DNA of 33,834 bases from a virus (taxonomy: Duplodnaviria; Caudoviricetes), in IMG/VR virus record IMGVR_UViG_3300046806_000620, positions 1-33,834 of that record. The stretch is one strand, 5' to 3'. Positions 18,542 through 27,963 of this stretch are shown in pieces. The notes under the pieces were generated by a model. That model worked only from the letters and a program-made list of their open reading frames with translations. It was not told the origin of the DNA and did no database searches. Positions within the stretch are counted from its first letter, which is position 1, and the number at the start of each line of letters is the position of its first letter. The position numbers and the translations under genes were made by a program.

Positions 18542-19186
18542 TTATTGTTGGTTTGGTAATTGAATTTTTAAAAAATTAATTCCTTTCATAGCTCCATCAA
18601 TGAATCCCAATTCTCCTGAAAAGAAAGAATTAAATGCAAGACTAATTCTAGTGTAGTCATGGTCAGTTTGAGGAACGCTATGTATTAAATTAGATGGGAA
18701 TAATACTAAATCTCCTGTATGTACAGGTAAAGTAAACTCATTAGAATTAAAAGCATTATAGTTATTAGCTTGTAATTGCCAATTTTCCCCTGTGGCTCTT
18801 TTTGTAAAAAAAATACAATCTGATTCTCTTTTAGCATTTATGTACAAGCATCCACTTACAATACTATTATGATGGTAATGTTTATGATGATATTGAGTTT
18901 TATCTGTAAAATTTAGCCATGAAATAGTTGATAATAATTTAACATTATTTATGGGATGATATATTTGTTTTAAATAGTCATTTAAAGCTTCATTAATTAA
19001 TTTTTTTAAATCTGATAATCTTGGGTTTTCTAATACAAAAACATCGTCAGTAGTAATATTGCCTGTGTTTTCACGAACACCATCTTTATATTCTAAAATA
19101 CAATTTATTTCGTCTTCATTAAATTCTCTATCTATATTATTTAATAATAAACAAGTAGGGAACATTGAAATAATTTCGCCTTTCAT
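18542..19186 (-). CDS. Putative 2OG-Fe(II) oxygenase (TIGR02466-like)
   Basis: SWLN, HYHHNSIVSG, GDLVLFPSNLIHSV, RISLAFN. Confidence 0.85.
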   Translation of the reverse strand: MKGEIISMFPTCLLLNNIDREFNEDEINCILEYKDGVRENTGNITTDDVFVLENPRLSDLKKLINEALNDYLKQIYHPINNVKLLSTISWLNFTDKTQYHHKHYHHNSIVSGCLYINAKRESDCIFFTKRATGENWQLQANNYNAFNSNEFTLPVHTGDLVLFPSNLIHSVPQTDHDYTRISLAFNSFFSGELGFIDGAMKGINFLKIQLPNQQ

Positions 19187-19187
19187 A

Positions 19188-20264
19188 TTATCTATTTTGC
19201 TTAATTAAATTAATTACTTTTTGAGCACTAATTGATTTATGACACTCAAATTGTCTTGGTGTATCTTCATGCTCAGGACAATAGTTCCAATCGCCTTTAT
19301 TAAATCTAAATAAAGGATTATGCCAACATCCATGACAAACAGCCTCATTTGTAATTCTAATAGTGTTATGACTAAATTCATGGTCAGCATTGGTAAAATT
19401 AGCTATCATAAAGACTTTTTTACGCATAGCCCATGACAACCATCCAAGTCCGCTTGAAAGCCCAATAAAGAACTCAGAATGATGAATTACATTCATTGTG
19501 TTTTCCATCGACCTATCTTTTAATAAGTCTATGTTATTTAAGTCTAAAGTATCTTGATTTGAAATTTCAATTACTTTATATCCTTCTGAAACTAGCCAAT
19601 CTATTAATTCCTGCCAATAATACCAATATTTAAGCTGTGCAGTAGAATGTATTGAAATACAAACATATTTCTGCTCATAAGGCCTCTCTTTTGGGGTAAA
19701 ATCCAAATTAGGTATCAATTCCTGATAGGGCAAATTAAGTATATTAGTAGCTGATTTCTGTAACGGAATCAATATAGGGTTTACAGGTTCTTTGTTAGTC
19801 TCCCAATACCAACCTAACTCAAACATAGCAACTATGTTATTTACAACCTCTCCTCTACCTACAAACTCTAATTCAGGGTATTGATTCTCAAAAAGGAAAT
19901 TTTTAAAAGTTGATACAACTACTTTACATTGATAATACTTGGCAAATTCAGCACAGTAAGGCATCCAAGCTAAAGTGTCTCCTAAAGCTTTGCTCTCAAA
20001 AGATATAAATACTCTTTTACCTTTAATCTCATCTAAAAAGTTAATTTGCTTAATTACTCTTCCTTCATATTTAACCATTACGGCCACATCTGAGAGGTAT
20101 TTTCTATCTAATCTAGCCCATGAACCTACTTTTAATTTAGTATCATATATGTTCTTAGACTCTTTCCTATTATAGAATGTAATATCGTATTCTCTATTTT
20201 TACCTTCGTCATCAGTAATTTCAAAGTAAAGTCCATTTACATGGTGGATGTTGTAAGTTATCAT
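19188..20264 (-). CDS. Autotransporter O-heptosyltransferase-like glycosyltransferase (Aah/TibC, BAHT family)
   Basis: ALGDTLAWMPY, STAQLKYW, FIGLSSGLGWLSWA, and iron-finger-type CHGCW...WNYCPEH..T.RQFEC. Confidence 0.85.
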   Translation of the reverse strand: MITYNIHHVNGLYFEITDDEGKNREYDITFYNRKESKNIYDTKLKVGSWARLDRKYLSDVAVMVKYEGRVIKQINFLDEIKGKRVFISFESKALGDTLAWMPYCAEFAKYYQCKVVVSTFKNFLFENQYPELEFVGRGEVVNNIVAMFELGWYWETNKEPVNPILIPLQKSATNILNLPYQELIPNLDFTPKERPYEQKYVCISIHSTAQLKYWYYWQELIDWLVSEGYKVIEISNQDTLDLNNIDLLKDRSMENTMNVIHHSEFFIGLSSGLGWLSWAMRKKVFMIANFTNADHEFSHNTIRITNEAVCHGCWHNPLFRFNKGDWNYCPEHEDTPRQFECHKSISAQKVINLIKQNR

Positions 20265-20266
20265 AA

Positions 20267-20797
20267 TTAAAATTCTGTATTAAAAAAGAATGTTTGAAAT
20301 AATCTTCCTGTTTGTAAATCTCTACCAAAATAATCAAGAGAAGTATGATATAAGTCTCCTCTATATAGAATAAGTCTATTGTATAGGTTACCTATTCTAT
20401 CTACAAGTTCCCATTGTGTCATATCATAAAAATCTGCAGAAAAATGAGATATTTCTTTTGTTTTTTTCCTAAATAAACCTGTACCTCCTGATAATGGAGC
20501 ATCAGGTGTTAAATAGCAAACTCCTGCCCAATCTGTACCATCTACATGTAACCATGACCTATTTTCAGCAGTTGTATATTGAAAAGCCCCCGTATATTCA
20601 TCTACTAGCCAAGTAATATTTCCTGATAATGGTTGAATAGTATCTTCTATAACTTTTTTGATATTATCATTTAAGAATGGTTTAGTTCTAAAACTAGGGA
20701 AGTTACCTTTCACTCCAAATTCTTGTGAAAGAGCAAATTCTCTAACTTCATCAACATTGTTATAGAAATCTGATATTATTACTGATTCTACTCTCAT
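20267..20797 (-). CDS. 2OG-Fe(II) oxygenase-like protein (DUF6445-like)
   Basis: DFYNNVDEVREFAL, WLHVD, WAGVCYLTPDAP..GGT, YNRLILYRGDLYH, RLFQTFF. Confidence 0.75.
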   Translation of the reverse strand: MRVESVIISDFYNNVDEVREFALSQEFGVKGNFPSFRTKPFLNDNIKKVIEDTIQPLSGNITWLVDEYTGAFQYTTAENRSWLHVDGTDWAGVCYLTPDAPLSGGTGLFRKKTKEISHFSADFYDMTQWELVDRIGNLYNRLILYRGDLYHTSLDYFGRDLQTGRLFQTFFFNTEF

Positions 20798-20800
20798 AAA

Positions 20801-21841
20801 TTAAATATTTTGATATACATTAACATATTTTTCTCTAATCTTACCTGAATCATAATTTTGAAATTGCTGTACTGCATTATATTTTTTTTCTAACTTTTTA
20901 CATACATTTAACCAACTATATGAACTTCTCTCTTTAGCCATATTATCAATCATTCTTTCGTAATCGTTCATAACAACCTGAATACCTGCAACTACACTAC
21001 TATTTGATAATTCATTTATTTTAACTAAACCTGCAATATCCTTACTTCCTTTATATGTAGCCACCATAGGCATACAAACACTAGCAGCCTCAAGTAAAGT
21101 CAAATTAGGATGTCCATATTCAAGATTAGATGGATGTAAGAAAATAGTATGGTCTTGAAAAATCTTTAACTTTTCTTCTTCATTTGGATTTGTGTCAATA
21201 ACAGTCAATTTATCATATTGTAATAAATCTTTGTGTATTTCAAAAAATTTAGTATTAGCATCTGCACCAACTATAGTAATTGGAAGGTTTAACATTTTAG
21301 CAGCTTCAATACCATATCTAAAACCCTTTCTGTCTGCTCCATAATCCCCTGCAACTCCATTGTTAGCACACATCAATAGCTTATGTACTACGGGTTCATT
21401 TTTAACAGAATAAAATGCTTTAGTTGGTGTATAATAATTAATATCTACGCCATGTGATAAATAAAATAACTTATCTGTATCATCAAAATAGTCAACTACA
21501 TATTCAGCAGGAGCTAAAGAGAAAATAGATTTTTTCATTGCTTCCAATTGCTCTTTATAGTTACTACTATTTTTCCCATAATGGTAGCTATGATGGTCAT
21601 GTGTAGAATATACATACTCAATACCCCTTTTATGTGCTTCAATACAAAGGTTTGCCACATGTATGTGAACTATGTCATACATTTTAGGTTGAACATTGTT
21701 TAAATATAATAAGTCTACTTCATTTCCTAGTATTCTAAAGTTTTTAGTATACTCATCCATAATTAATTCAGTTGCTCCCCATCCTCTTTGACCTGTCGGT
21801 AAAATAGGCAAATTGCTACTTATAACTTGTGCTATTCTCAT
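20801..21841 (-). CDS. GT-B glycosyltransferase (GT4-like)
   Basis: GWGATE, HGVD, RKG, FLHPSNLEYGHPNLTLLEAA. Confidence 0.85.
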   Translation of the reverse strand: MRIAQVISSNLPILPTGQRGWGATELIMDEYTKNFRILGNEVDLLYLNNVQPKMYDIVHIHVANLCIEAHKRGIEYVYSTHDHHSYHYGKNSSNYKEQLEAMKKSIFSLAPAEYVVDYFDDTDKLFYLSHGVDINYYTPTKAFYSVKNEPVVHKLLMCANNGVAGDYGADRKGFRYGIEAAKMLNLPITIVGADANTKFFEIHKDLLQYDKLTVIDTNPNEEEKLKIFQDHTIFLHPSNLEYGHPNLTLLEAASVCMPMVATYKGSKDIAGLVKINELSNSSVVAGIQVVMNDYERMIDNMAKERSSYSWLNVCKKLEKKYNAVQQFQNYDSGKIREKYVNVYQNI

Positions 21842-24543
21842 ATAAATTTCTTTTCTTGTTTGTCAATTAATGAAAATCCTTCAGCTTGTGTTGTTAATCT
21901 GTTATGCACAATACCAAACTTATGAGGACTTCCGTAAAAAATATGGTTAAAAAACATATCTGCGGCATCCCATTTTTCAGTTCTTAATCTTTCTAAAAGC
22001 CATTTTTTAACGCTTTTTGGAAAGCCAATACATTGTAGTCCAATAATATGGTCGGTAATAAATAATAAATCTTGGTCAGGAACAACTTCTCTAACAGGAG
22101 ATTGTAACCAACCATGTTCCAATGTTTTTACATCCCCAAAAGACATATAACCTATTTTATTATCTTCTATAATTTGATAAGACTTTTCAACTTTCTCTAC
22201 AAATTCGTGTATAGGCACTTCAATAATACAGTCCCCTTCGCAAACTATAAGAAAATCAATACTGTCATCAAATTCACTCATAATTCCATTTTTAAATGAT
22301 TCGAAGCATCCGTAATGTGAAGGAGTAAGTGCGGTCCCCAATTCACGAACTTGCTCGTCATTGAAGAGGTCCATTGAAACGCAGTTTGGTCGTTGGCAGT
22401 TGTACTTAGGTGGCAAGTCTCCATAGGGGATATTGGTGTGTAAGATATATTCCCACCCGTAGTTGGCCACATGATTGAGGGATTCTCTACTTTTTTGTTC
22501 TCTTTCGTCATTTCTAGTTGTTTGTAAGTGAACTAATCTAATTTTAGGTTTTCTATTTTTAATCTTATAATGTCCTGTATGCTCGTATTTATGAAGGGTT
22601 TTATCATTTAAAACATGCTTTTCATTTTTATATATTCTATCTCCATCATAAAAATCAAGCTCTACTTCAATTTCACGACCTTTGTATTCAAATTCTTTTT
22701 TAAACTCTTTGCTTTTATCAATTTGCCATCTGTATATGAAAAAATCTTGTCCTCCTTCACGCATAGTAATATTAACCTTTCTGCTATCTACATTGTAAGT
22801 AAAGAAATAGAACATATAGTTATTAGGCTTTCCTACAATAGGTATAATTGAATAATATTCAGAGTTTGATGCTACACCTAATCCACTATGCTTTAAAAGG
22901 GTTTCTTCATCGTTATGCTCAATAAAATATTCTTTTTCTAGGCCTTTTAGTTTTTTAAGTAAATAATCTTCAAGGAAGTTTTGAGCACCAATATTTTGAC
23001 AAATATTATTGTACTCTTCTGCAGTCCTTACATCATCAAAAGTATTTAAGAAAAAATCAACACTAAAAGCCATTCCATTCGTTTGTATACCTTTCCCAAA
23101 AGGAGTGTTCAAGCTACCTAGATAAGCCTTATACATGTATGGTTCTTTTGCATCAATATCAAATGCTTTCTCAATATTTGTTATATCCCTAGGGTCTAAA
23201 ACAACATCATAAGTAGTATAAAAGAAAGCTTCATATCCTAATGCTTTGGCAGCTTTTGCTCCGTTAAATAGGTTTGTTAATACGGTTAACGATTGATTGC
23301 TGTTTTTTAACCCATTAATGTTAATTTCAGCATGGTAGTCATCTGTAAATCTATAAAATCTTGTATAATATGAATGATGAGTCAATGGGTTATGCTCATC
23401 GTATATATAGTAGTCAACCATTTTTTGAATATCTTCATCAACAGGGTAATGTGATAAAAGCATAATCTTTCTACCCAATGGCTTTAAGCTATTAATAGTA
23501 TCTTTTGTAAGTTGTACTCTGCTATCCAAATTAGGCCATGTACCCACAATAATGACTTCTCTTTTGTTATTAGTAGGTTTTGCTTGAGTCAGTTCTATAA
23601 CTTTGTCAGCATCTTCAGTAAGATTACCTGTTAAATAATGAAAATCTTCATATCCGTTCCATCTGTTTAAATAAACATCTAGGTTATATATTAGCTTAGG
23701 TATTTGCTTATACTCTGCAGCTTCTTTTATTACAATAGGGTTTAATTCCTTATTTCCTCGGTCTCCTTTAGAAGGGAAGAAGAAAAGGTCAGCCGCCCTA
23801 ATAAAGTCCTCTGTATCGCTTCTTTCTCCCCAAATAACGCAGTTTTCGGGCTTATTATCCATCATTGGTTTCCAATAGCTCTCAAAATTACCTGCTTGAT
23901 TTCCTAAGAAGTGAAACTTTATTTTATAGTCTTTTAGCTTTTCTCCCATTTCAAAGCCGTATTTCTGATTCTTTCTAGGTGTAAATAAGCCTATTATTAC
24001 CGCATGTTTGTAATCATGCTCAAGTCCTAATTTCTCTCTTGCAATCCTTTTATCTGAAGTTTTAGCATCAATTGGATATTCAATAATCTCTTGAGGTACA
24101 TTTAAGTGGTCGTACTTCATCATATTATATGGGCTAACAAATACAAACTTGTCAGGCATCCATTTTTTGTTTATGGGGTTAAAACTGCTATCATGCGTAG
24201 TTTCTACTATTTTCCAACTTCTTGTTTCTGAATATAAAAAGCTAGACATTTTATCATCCATAAACATTTCAGGAAACTCTTCCATAGATACTACATCAGG
24301 ATTGAACTGTTGCATAATTTGCATAAGTTCACTATACTTATCTTCTCCTAAAGAATGAAAGTTTTGTTCTCCAACTAAATCAATAATTCTATTCCTTTGA
24401 ACTACGAAGGCCCAAGCAACAAAAGCATGTTCAATAACTTTAATCTCAAAATCTTCTTTTATTAATGAAATTTTGTTTACTGTAACCTGTGGAGCTCCAC
24501 CTGTACTTAAATGTGGCGTAATAATTAGTAGCTTTTTTTTCAT
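21838..24543 (-). CDS. Multidomain glycosyltransferase (N-terminal GT4-like plus GT-A-like modules)
   Basis: PHLSTGGAPQ, RKNQ, DLFFFPS..ELNPIVIKEA; central YYIYD..NP / YDV module; C-terminal GT25-like GCFESF...LIVCEGD. Confidence 0.8.
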   Translation of the reverse strand: MKKKLLIITPHLSTGGAPQVTVNKISLIKEDFEIKVIEHAFVAWAFVVQRNRIIDLVGEQNFHSLGEDKYSELMQIMQQFNPDVVSMEEFPEMFMDDKMSSFLYSETRSWKIVETTHDSSFNPINKKWMPDKFVFVSPYNMMKYDHLNVPQEIIEYPIDAKTSDKRIAREKLGLEHDYKHAVIIGLFTPRKNQKYGFEMGEKLKDYKIKFHFLGNQAGNFESYWKPMMDNKPENCVIWGERSDTEDFIRAADLFFFPSKGDRGNKELNPIVIKEAAEYKQIPKLIYNLDVYLNRWNGYEDFHYLTGNLTEDADKVIELTQAKPTNNKREVIIVGTWPNLDSRVQLTKDTINSLKPLGRKIMLLSHYPVDEDIQKMVDYYIYDEHNPLTHHSYYTRFYRFTDDYHAEININGLKNSNQSLTVLTNLFNGAKAAKALGYEAFFYTTYDVVLDPRDITNIEKAFDIDAKEPYMYKAYLGSLNTPFGKGIQTNGMAFSVDFFLNTFDDVRTAEEYNNICQNIGAQNFLEDYLLKKLKGLEKEYFIEHNDEETLLKHSGLGVASNSEYYSIIPIVGKPNNYMFYFFTYNVDSRKVNITMREGGQDFFIYRWQIDKSKEFKKEFEYKGREIEVELDFYDGDRIYKNEKHVLNDKTLHKYEHTGHYKIKNRKPKIRLVHLQTTRNDEREQKSRESLNHVANYGWEYILHTNIPYGDLPPKYNCQRPNCVSMDLFNDEQVRELGTALTPSHYGCFESFKNGIMSEFDDSIDFLIVCEGDCIIEVPIHEFVEKVEKSYQIIEDNKIGYMSFGDVKTLEHGWLQSPVREVVPDQDLLFITDHIIGLQCIGFPKSVKKWLLERLRTEKWDAADMFFNHIFYGSPHKFGIVHNRLTTQAEGFSLIDKQEKKFI

Positions 24544-25481
24544 ATCATTTCTATTAATTTATCTAATACTTGTTTTACTGATGGATGACATTCGTAACTT
24601 TCTTTATTTTCACAGCATCCTATTAATGGTTGTACACCTTGTATGTTTCCCCATGTTTCAACACCATATTTCATGTTAGAAGCACATTCTAAATTACATC
24701 CACCTCTTACATATTCGTATTTATAATCTTGTCTATTGTCTCTATAAGGTATTCTAAATTCAGGCTTTATTGATGAACCTAAATGAATAATTGGAACATC
24801 TGTAGTACCTGCTAAATGTAATAATCCGCTATCCATCGTTACAAATGCAGCAGCATTAATCATAAGGTGCCAACAATCAGAAATAGAAGTTTTATTCATT
24901 AAATTTAAACCCTTTTCAATCTCAAAATTAAAAACAGGTTTTTGAACATTAAAAAATCCTGTTTCAGAAGAATCCTTTCCAATAGATACTACATCGTACC
25001 CCTTATCATTTAATTCTTTTGTTAAATTCATCCAATTTTTAGCAGACCAAGTTCTTGAAGGCCATGTGCTTACAGGATGTATTAAAATGTAAGGTTTTTT
25101 AGGTATTTCAAAAGAACATTCTTCAGTTGGTATATAAAAACATTCCATTTCATCTTTGCCAAGCATAAAACCAAGATTGATAGCATGAAATTGTCTAATA
25201 TCTATTGTGTTATGCTTGTATTCTACGCCCCTTTCATTTTTACTACCGACATTATAAAAAGAATTATGCACTATATAATTGTCTTTAACATATCCCATAT
25301 CAACGCTAGAAGATTTTATACTTCTTTCCACATAAGGATTATTTTTAAAAACTTCAGGCATTTTTGAAATGACTAATATTTTTGTATCATAAGCTTCACT
25401 TATTTTTTTAATAGCAGGAGTTGCACATATTAAGTCTCCTAATCCATTACATTCACTCAATTCTAAACATATATTTTTCAT
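24540..25481 (-). CDS. GT9 (heptosyltransferase-like) glycosyltransferase with Cys-rich C-terminus
   Basis: GLGDLICATP, FKNNPYV, LIHP..TWPSRTW, FVTMDSGLLHLAG; CNLEC...CC...EC. Confidence 0.85.
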   Translation of the reverse strand: MKNICLELSECNGLGDLICATPAIKKISEAYDTKILVISKMPEVFKNNPYVERSIKSSSVDMGYVKDNYIVHNSFYNVGSKNERGVEYKHNTIDIRQFHAINLGFMLGKDEMECFYIPTEECSFEIPKKPYILIHPVSTWPSRTWSAKNWMNLTKELNDKGYDVVSIGKDSSETGFFNVQKPVFNFEIEKGLNLMNKTSISDCWHLMINAAAFVTMDSGLLHLAGTTDVPIIHLGSSIKPEFRIPYRDNRQDYKYEYVRGGCNLECASNMKYGVETWGNIQGVQPLIGCCENKESYECHPSVKQVLDKLIEMI

Positions 25482-26129
25482 TTATATAATTTTTTCTGTA
25501 TCATAATTTGGGTCATCCCAAAACTTGTTTGGATTAAATTCTTGAGAAAAGTTTGTAGTTAATACCCATCTTTTTTCATTTGATTGATTTATTTGAGTTC
25601 TATGTCTAAGCCATGCAGGGAATATTAAAACATCTCCTGATATTGTAGGTATTTGTTTCCACATCCACATAGGGTCATCATAATAATATTCTCCTTTAAC
25701 ATATTCAAGCGGGTCTTTACATTCAAAAAATCCACCATTCTCAGGCATGTTCAAATAAGAAGCAGCTACCATAAAAGTATTTGAATGATTATGAGCTGTA
25801 GTTATACCATCTTTTTCATGTACATTAACCCAACTATTTTTTATTCTATAATCATGAAAGTTTTTTGAATATCCCATGCCCTTTGTCGCAACTTCTGTAA
25901 CCATAAATTTTAACCAATCAAAATATGGTGTAAATTCTTTAATTTTATGAGGTTGTTTTTTATTTTGATGAGAAGTATGTCCATTAACAACTAATGATAA
26001 TCCTTGTGGAGTTGTTGAAATTAATTCATGACAAATTGGAGCTAATAAGTCCCAATCAAATTCATAATGTAGTTTATACATATAGCTTGAATGTGGATTT
26101 AAAACTGATACTTGATTACTTTCTTTCAT
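25482..26129 (-). CDS. Putative 2OG-Fe(II) oxygenase (2OG-FeII_Oxy_5-like)
   Basis: SWVNVH, HNH, YLNMPENGG, GDVLIFPAWLRHRT, RWVLTTN. Confidence 0.85.
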   Translation of the reverse strand: MKESNQVSVLNPHSSYMYKLHYEFDWDLLAPICHELISTTPQGLSLVVNGHTSHQNKKQPHKIKEFTPYFDWLKFMVTEVATKGMGYSKNFHDYRIKNSWVNVHEKDGITTAHNHSNTFMVAASYLNMPENGGFFECKDPLEYVKGEYYYDDPMWMWKQIPTISGDVLIFPAWLRHRTQINQSNEKRWVLTTNFSQEFNPNKFWDDPNYDTEKII

Positions 26130-26137
26130 AATCTAAA

Positions 26138-26701
26138 TTAAAATTTGTGAGAAAAATTTGTAGTCAATACCCATCTATCCTCATTTGATATATTAGGCTG
26201 TGTTCTGTGTTGAAGCCATGAAGGAAAGACCAACACATCATTTGTTTTTGTAGGTAAAGTACTCCAAATATTTTCGTTACTAATTGGCAAATTAGATTTG
26301 TGATATTCTAAAGGGTCTTTAGCTTGAAAATAACCACCATTATCGGGCATGTATAAATAAGCAGCTACCACAATAGAATTACAAGCATGATTATGTTCAT
26401 TAGCTTGAGCATTACTTTTATGAACATTTACATAACTATCGGTAACATAATATCTCATTTGATATTCATTAAAAGCCATTTTGATATTAGCTAAATTATC
26501 AACCCATGGCTTCAACCAATCATAATATGGTTTAAAATCTTTTATATTATGAGGTTTAGCAAAGTTTTTTTGTGATGTAGAACGAGCACCTTCATCCACA
26601 ATAATATCTTCACATATTGGTTTCAAAATATTCCAATCAAATTCAAAATTTAATTTGAATATGAAGGGCTTAAATGGATTAATTATTTCAGCAGATTGCA
26701 T
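26138..26701 (-). CDS. Putative 2OG-Fe(II) oxygenase, paralogue of 25482-26129
   Basis: EFDW..L.PIC, HNH, KDPLEY, FPSWLQHRT, RWVLTTNFS. Confidence 0.85.
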   Translation of the reverse strand: MQSAEIINPFKPFIFKLNFEFDWNILKPICEDIIVDEGARSTSQKNFAKPHNIKDFKPYYDWLKPWVDNLANIKMAFNEYQMRYYVTDSYVNVHKSNAQANEHNHACNSIVVAAYLYMPDNGGYFQAKDPLEYHKSNLPISNENIWSTLPTKTNDVLVFPSWLQHRTQPNISNEDRWVLTTNFSHKF

Positions 26702-27509
26702 AATTAAATTTTTTAAAGTACCATTGATGATTTTTATATATCCAATTACAAGCCTCTTTGCCTATGATTTCTTCGGCTTTTGTTTCATTTACAGAGACTT
26801 TGCTTTTTATTTTATGACTAGCAAAGTGTAACATGTCGTTTTCTATAGTTGTTTTTTCTACTGATTTGAAATCATGTAAAAAATAAGGAATTTCTAAAAA
26901 GTCGTAAATTCTTTTGATTTCACTTTCAGGAGATATACAAAATTCTTCGTACTTTATAAATAACATTTTGCTATCATTTCCCCAAATTATTATTTCTTTT
27001 AATCTTTCTAAATTTAAAGCTAAAGGTGGTTTTGTTGACCACTCCACAATTCTTTTTTCCATAGTTGTATTTTTTAATTCATTCCAATTTATGTGGGAGT
27101 TTATTTTCAAAAAATCATTTCTATAGTTTTTTTCAAAAGAAGCAAAAATGTCTCTTAAATCCCTTACCATAAATATAATCTTAGGGTCCTCATTATTGAT
27201 TTGAACTAAATAATCGTAGAAATACCCCCAAGAGAAGTTTTTGTCAACATAATAAGGCTTGTTTGTAATATTAGCAGCATAGGCTTTTAATCCTTCTTTA
27301 CAAAAACTAGTAAATGCTTTTTTTAAGATTTGTTCTTGAGAAGGGTGCTGATATTGCAAGTTCATTAAGAACTCATTTTTTGCTGAAACTATTATTTCAG
27401 TCAAAGCTCCCATAGAAGGGGCATAAATATCATTATTCTGTGCAAGGATATTCTGTAAAAGAGTCGCCCCTGAACGAGGGAGGGATGAATTATAGAAAAT
27501 CTTTTGCAT
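26688..27509 (-). CDS. PAPS-dependent sulfotransferase
   Basis: 5'-PSB loop SLPRSGATLL and 3'-PB motif MVRDLRDIFASF; KYEEF...P...IYDFL. Confidence 0.9.
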   Translation of the reverse strand: MQKIFYNSSLPRSGATLLQNILAQNNDIYAPSMGALTEIIVSAKNEFLMNLQYQHPSQEQILKKAFTSFCKEGLKAYAANITNKPYYVDKNFSWGYFYDYLVQINNEDPKIIFMVRDLRDIFASFEKNYRNDFLKINSHINWNELKNTTMEKRIVEWSTKPPLALNLERLKEIIIWGNDSKMLFIKYEEFCISPESEIKRIYDFLEIPYFLHDFKSVEKTTIENDMLHFASHKIKSKVSVNETKAEEIIGKEACNWIYKNHQWYFKKFNYAIC

Positions 27510-27519
27510 GGTTATTTTT
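27503..27519 (-). repeat. Right arm of the 17-bp inverted repeat (pairs with 16641-16657)
   Basis: TTTGCATGGTTATTTTT; spans the sulfotransferase start codon. Confidence 0.85.
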
Positions 27520-27579
27520 ATTTTATAAAATTAATGTATTTTCTACATATTTTGTATATTTACAATCTAAAATATTTTT
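27510..27579. promoter_or_regulatory. Divergent intergenic region, probable bidirectional promoter
   Basis: 70-bp, very AT-rich gap between divergently transcribed genes; no consensus element resolved. Confidence 0.5.
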
Positions 27580-27957
27580 ATGATAATTGAAATTAGCATC
27601 GGAGAAGCATTTGACAGACTTACCATCCTCAAAATTAAATCAGAAAAGATTAAAGATGAGGCCAAACTGACGAATGTCATGAAAGAGTACTACTACCTGC
27701 AAAACCTCATGAAGGATGAATTAGAAGTAGATGAGGATAATGAAGATTTTAAAAGATTGTTGGAAATCAATGAAACTTTATGGGAAGTAGAGGATTTATT
27801 GAGAGAATTTGAACAAGCAAACTCTTTTGGAGAAGAATTTGTACATTTAGCTAGGTCTGTTTATGTACTAAATGATAAAAGAGCAATAGCTAAAAAAGAG
27901 ATAAATATGGCCTACGGAAGTCAATTCGTAGAGGAGAAGTCTTATAACCAACTGTAA
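27580..27957 (+). CDS. DUF6165-like protein
   Basis: IEISIGEAFDRLTILKIKSEKI, LLEINETLWEVED, LARSVYVLNDKR, GSQFVEEKSY. Confidence 0.8.
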   Translation: MIIEISIGEAFDRLTILKIKSEKIKDEAKLTNVMKEYYYLQNLMKDELEVDEDNEDFKRLLEINETLWEVEDLLREFEQANSFGEEFVHLARSVYVLNDKRAIAKKEINMAYGSQFVEEKSYNQL

Positions 27958-27963
27958 ATCAAT

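Noticed and set aside
27510-27579. Bacteroidota TAnnTTTG promoter and TATATTTA-like boxes (also near 2286)
   Set aside because: No exact consensus with correct spacing; near-matches are expected in very AT-rich DNA.
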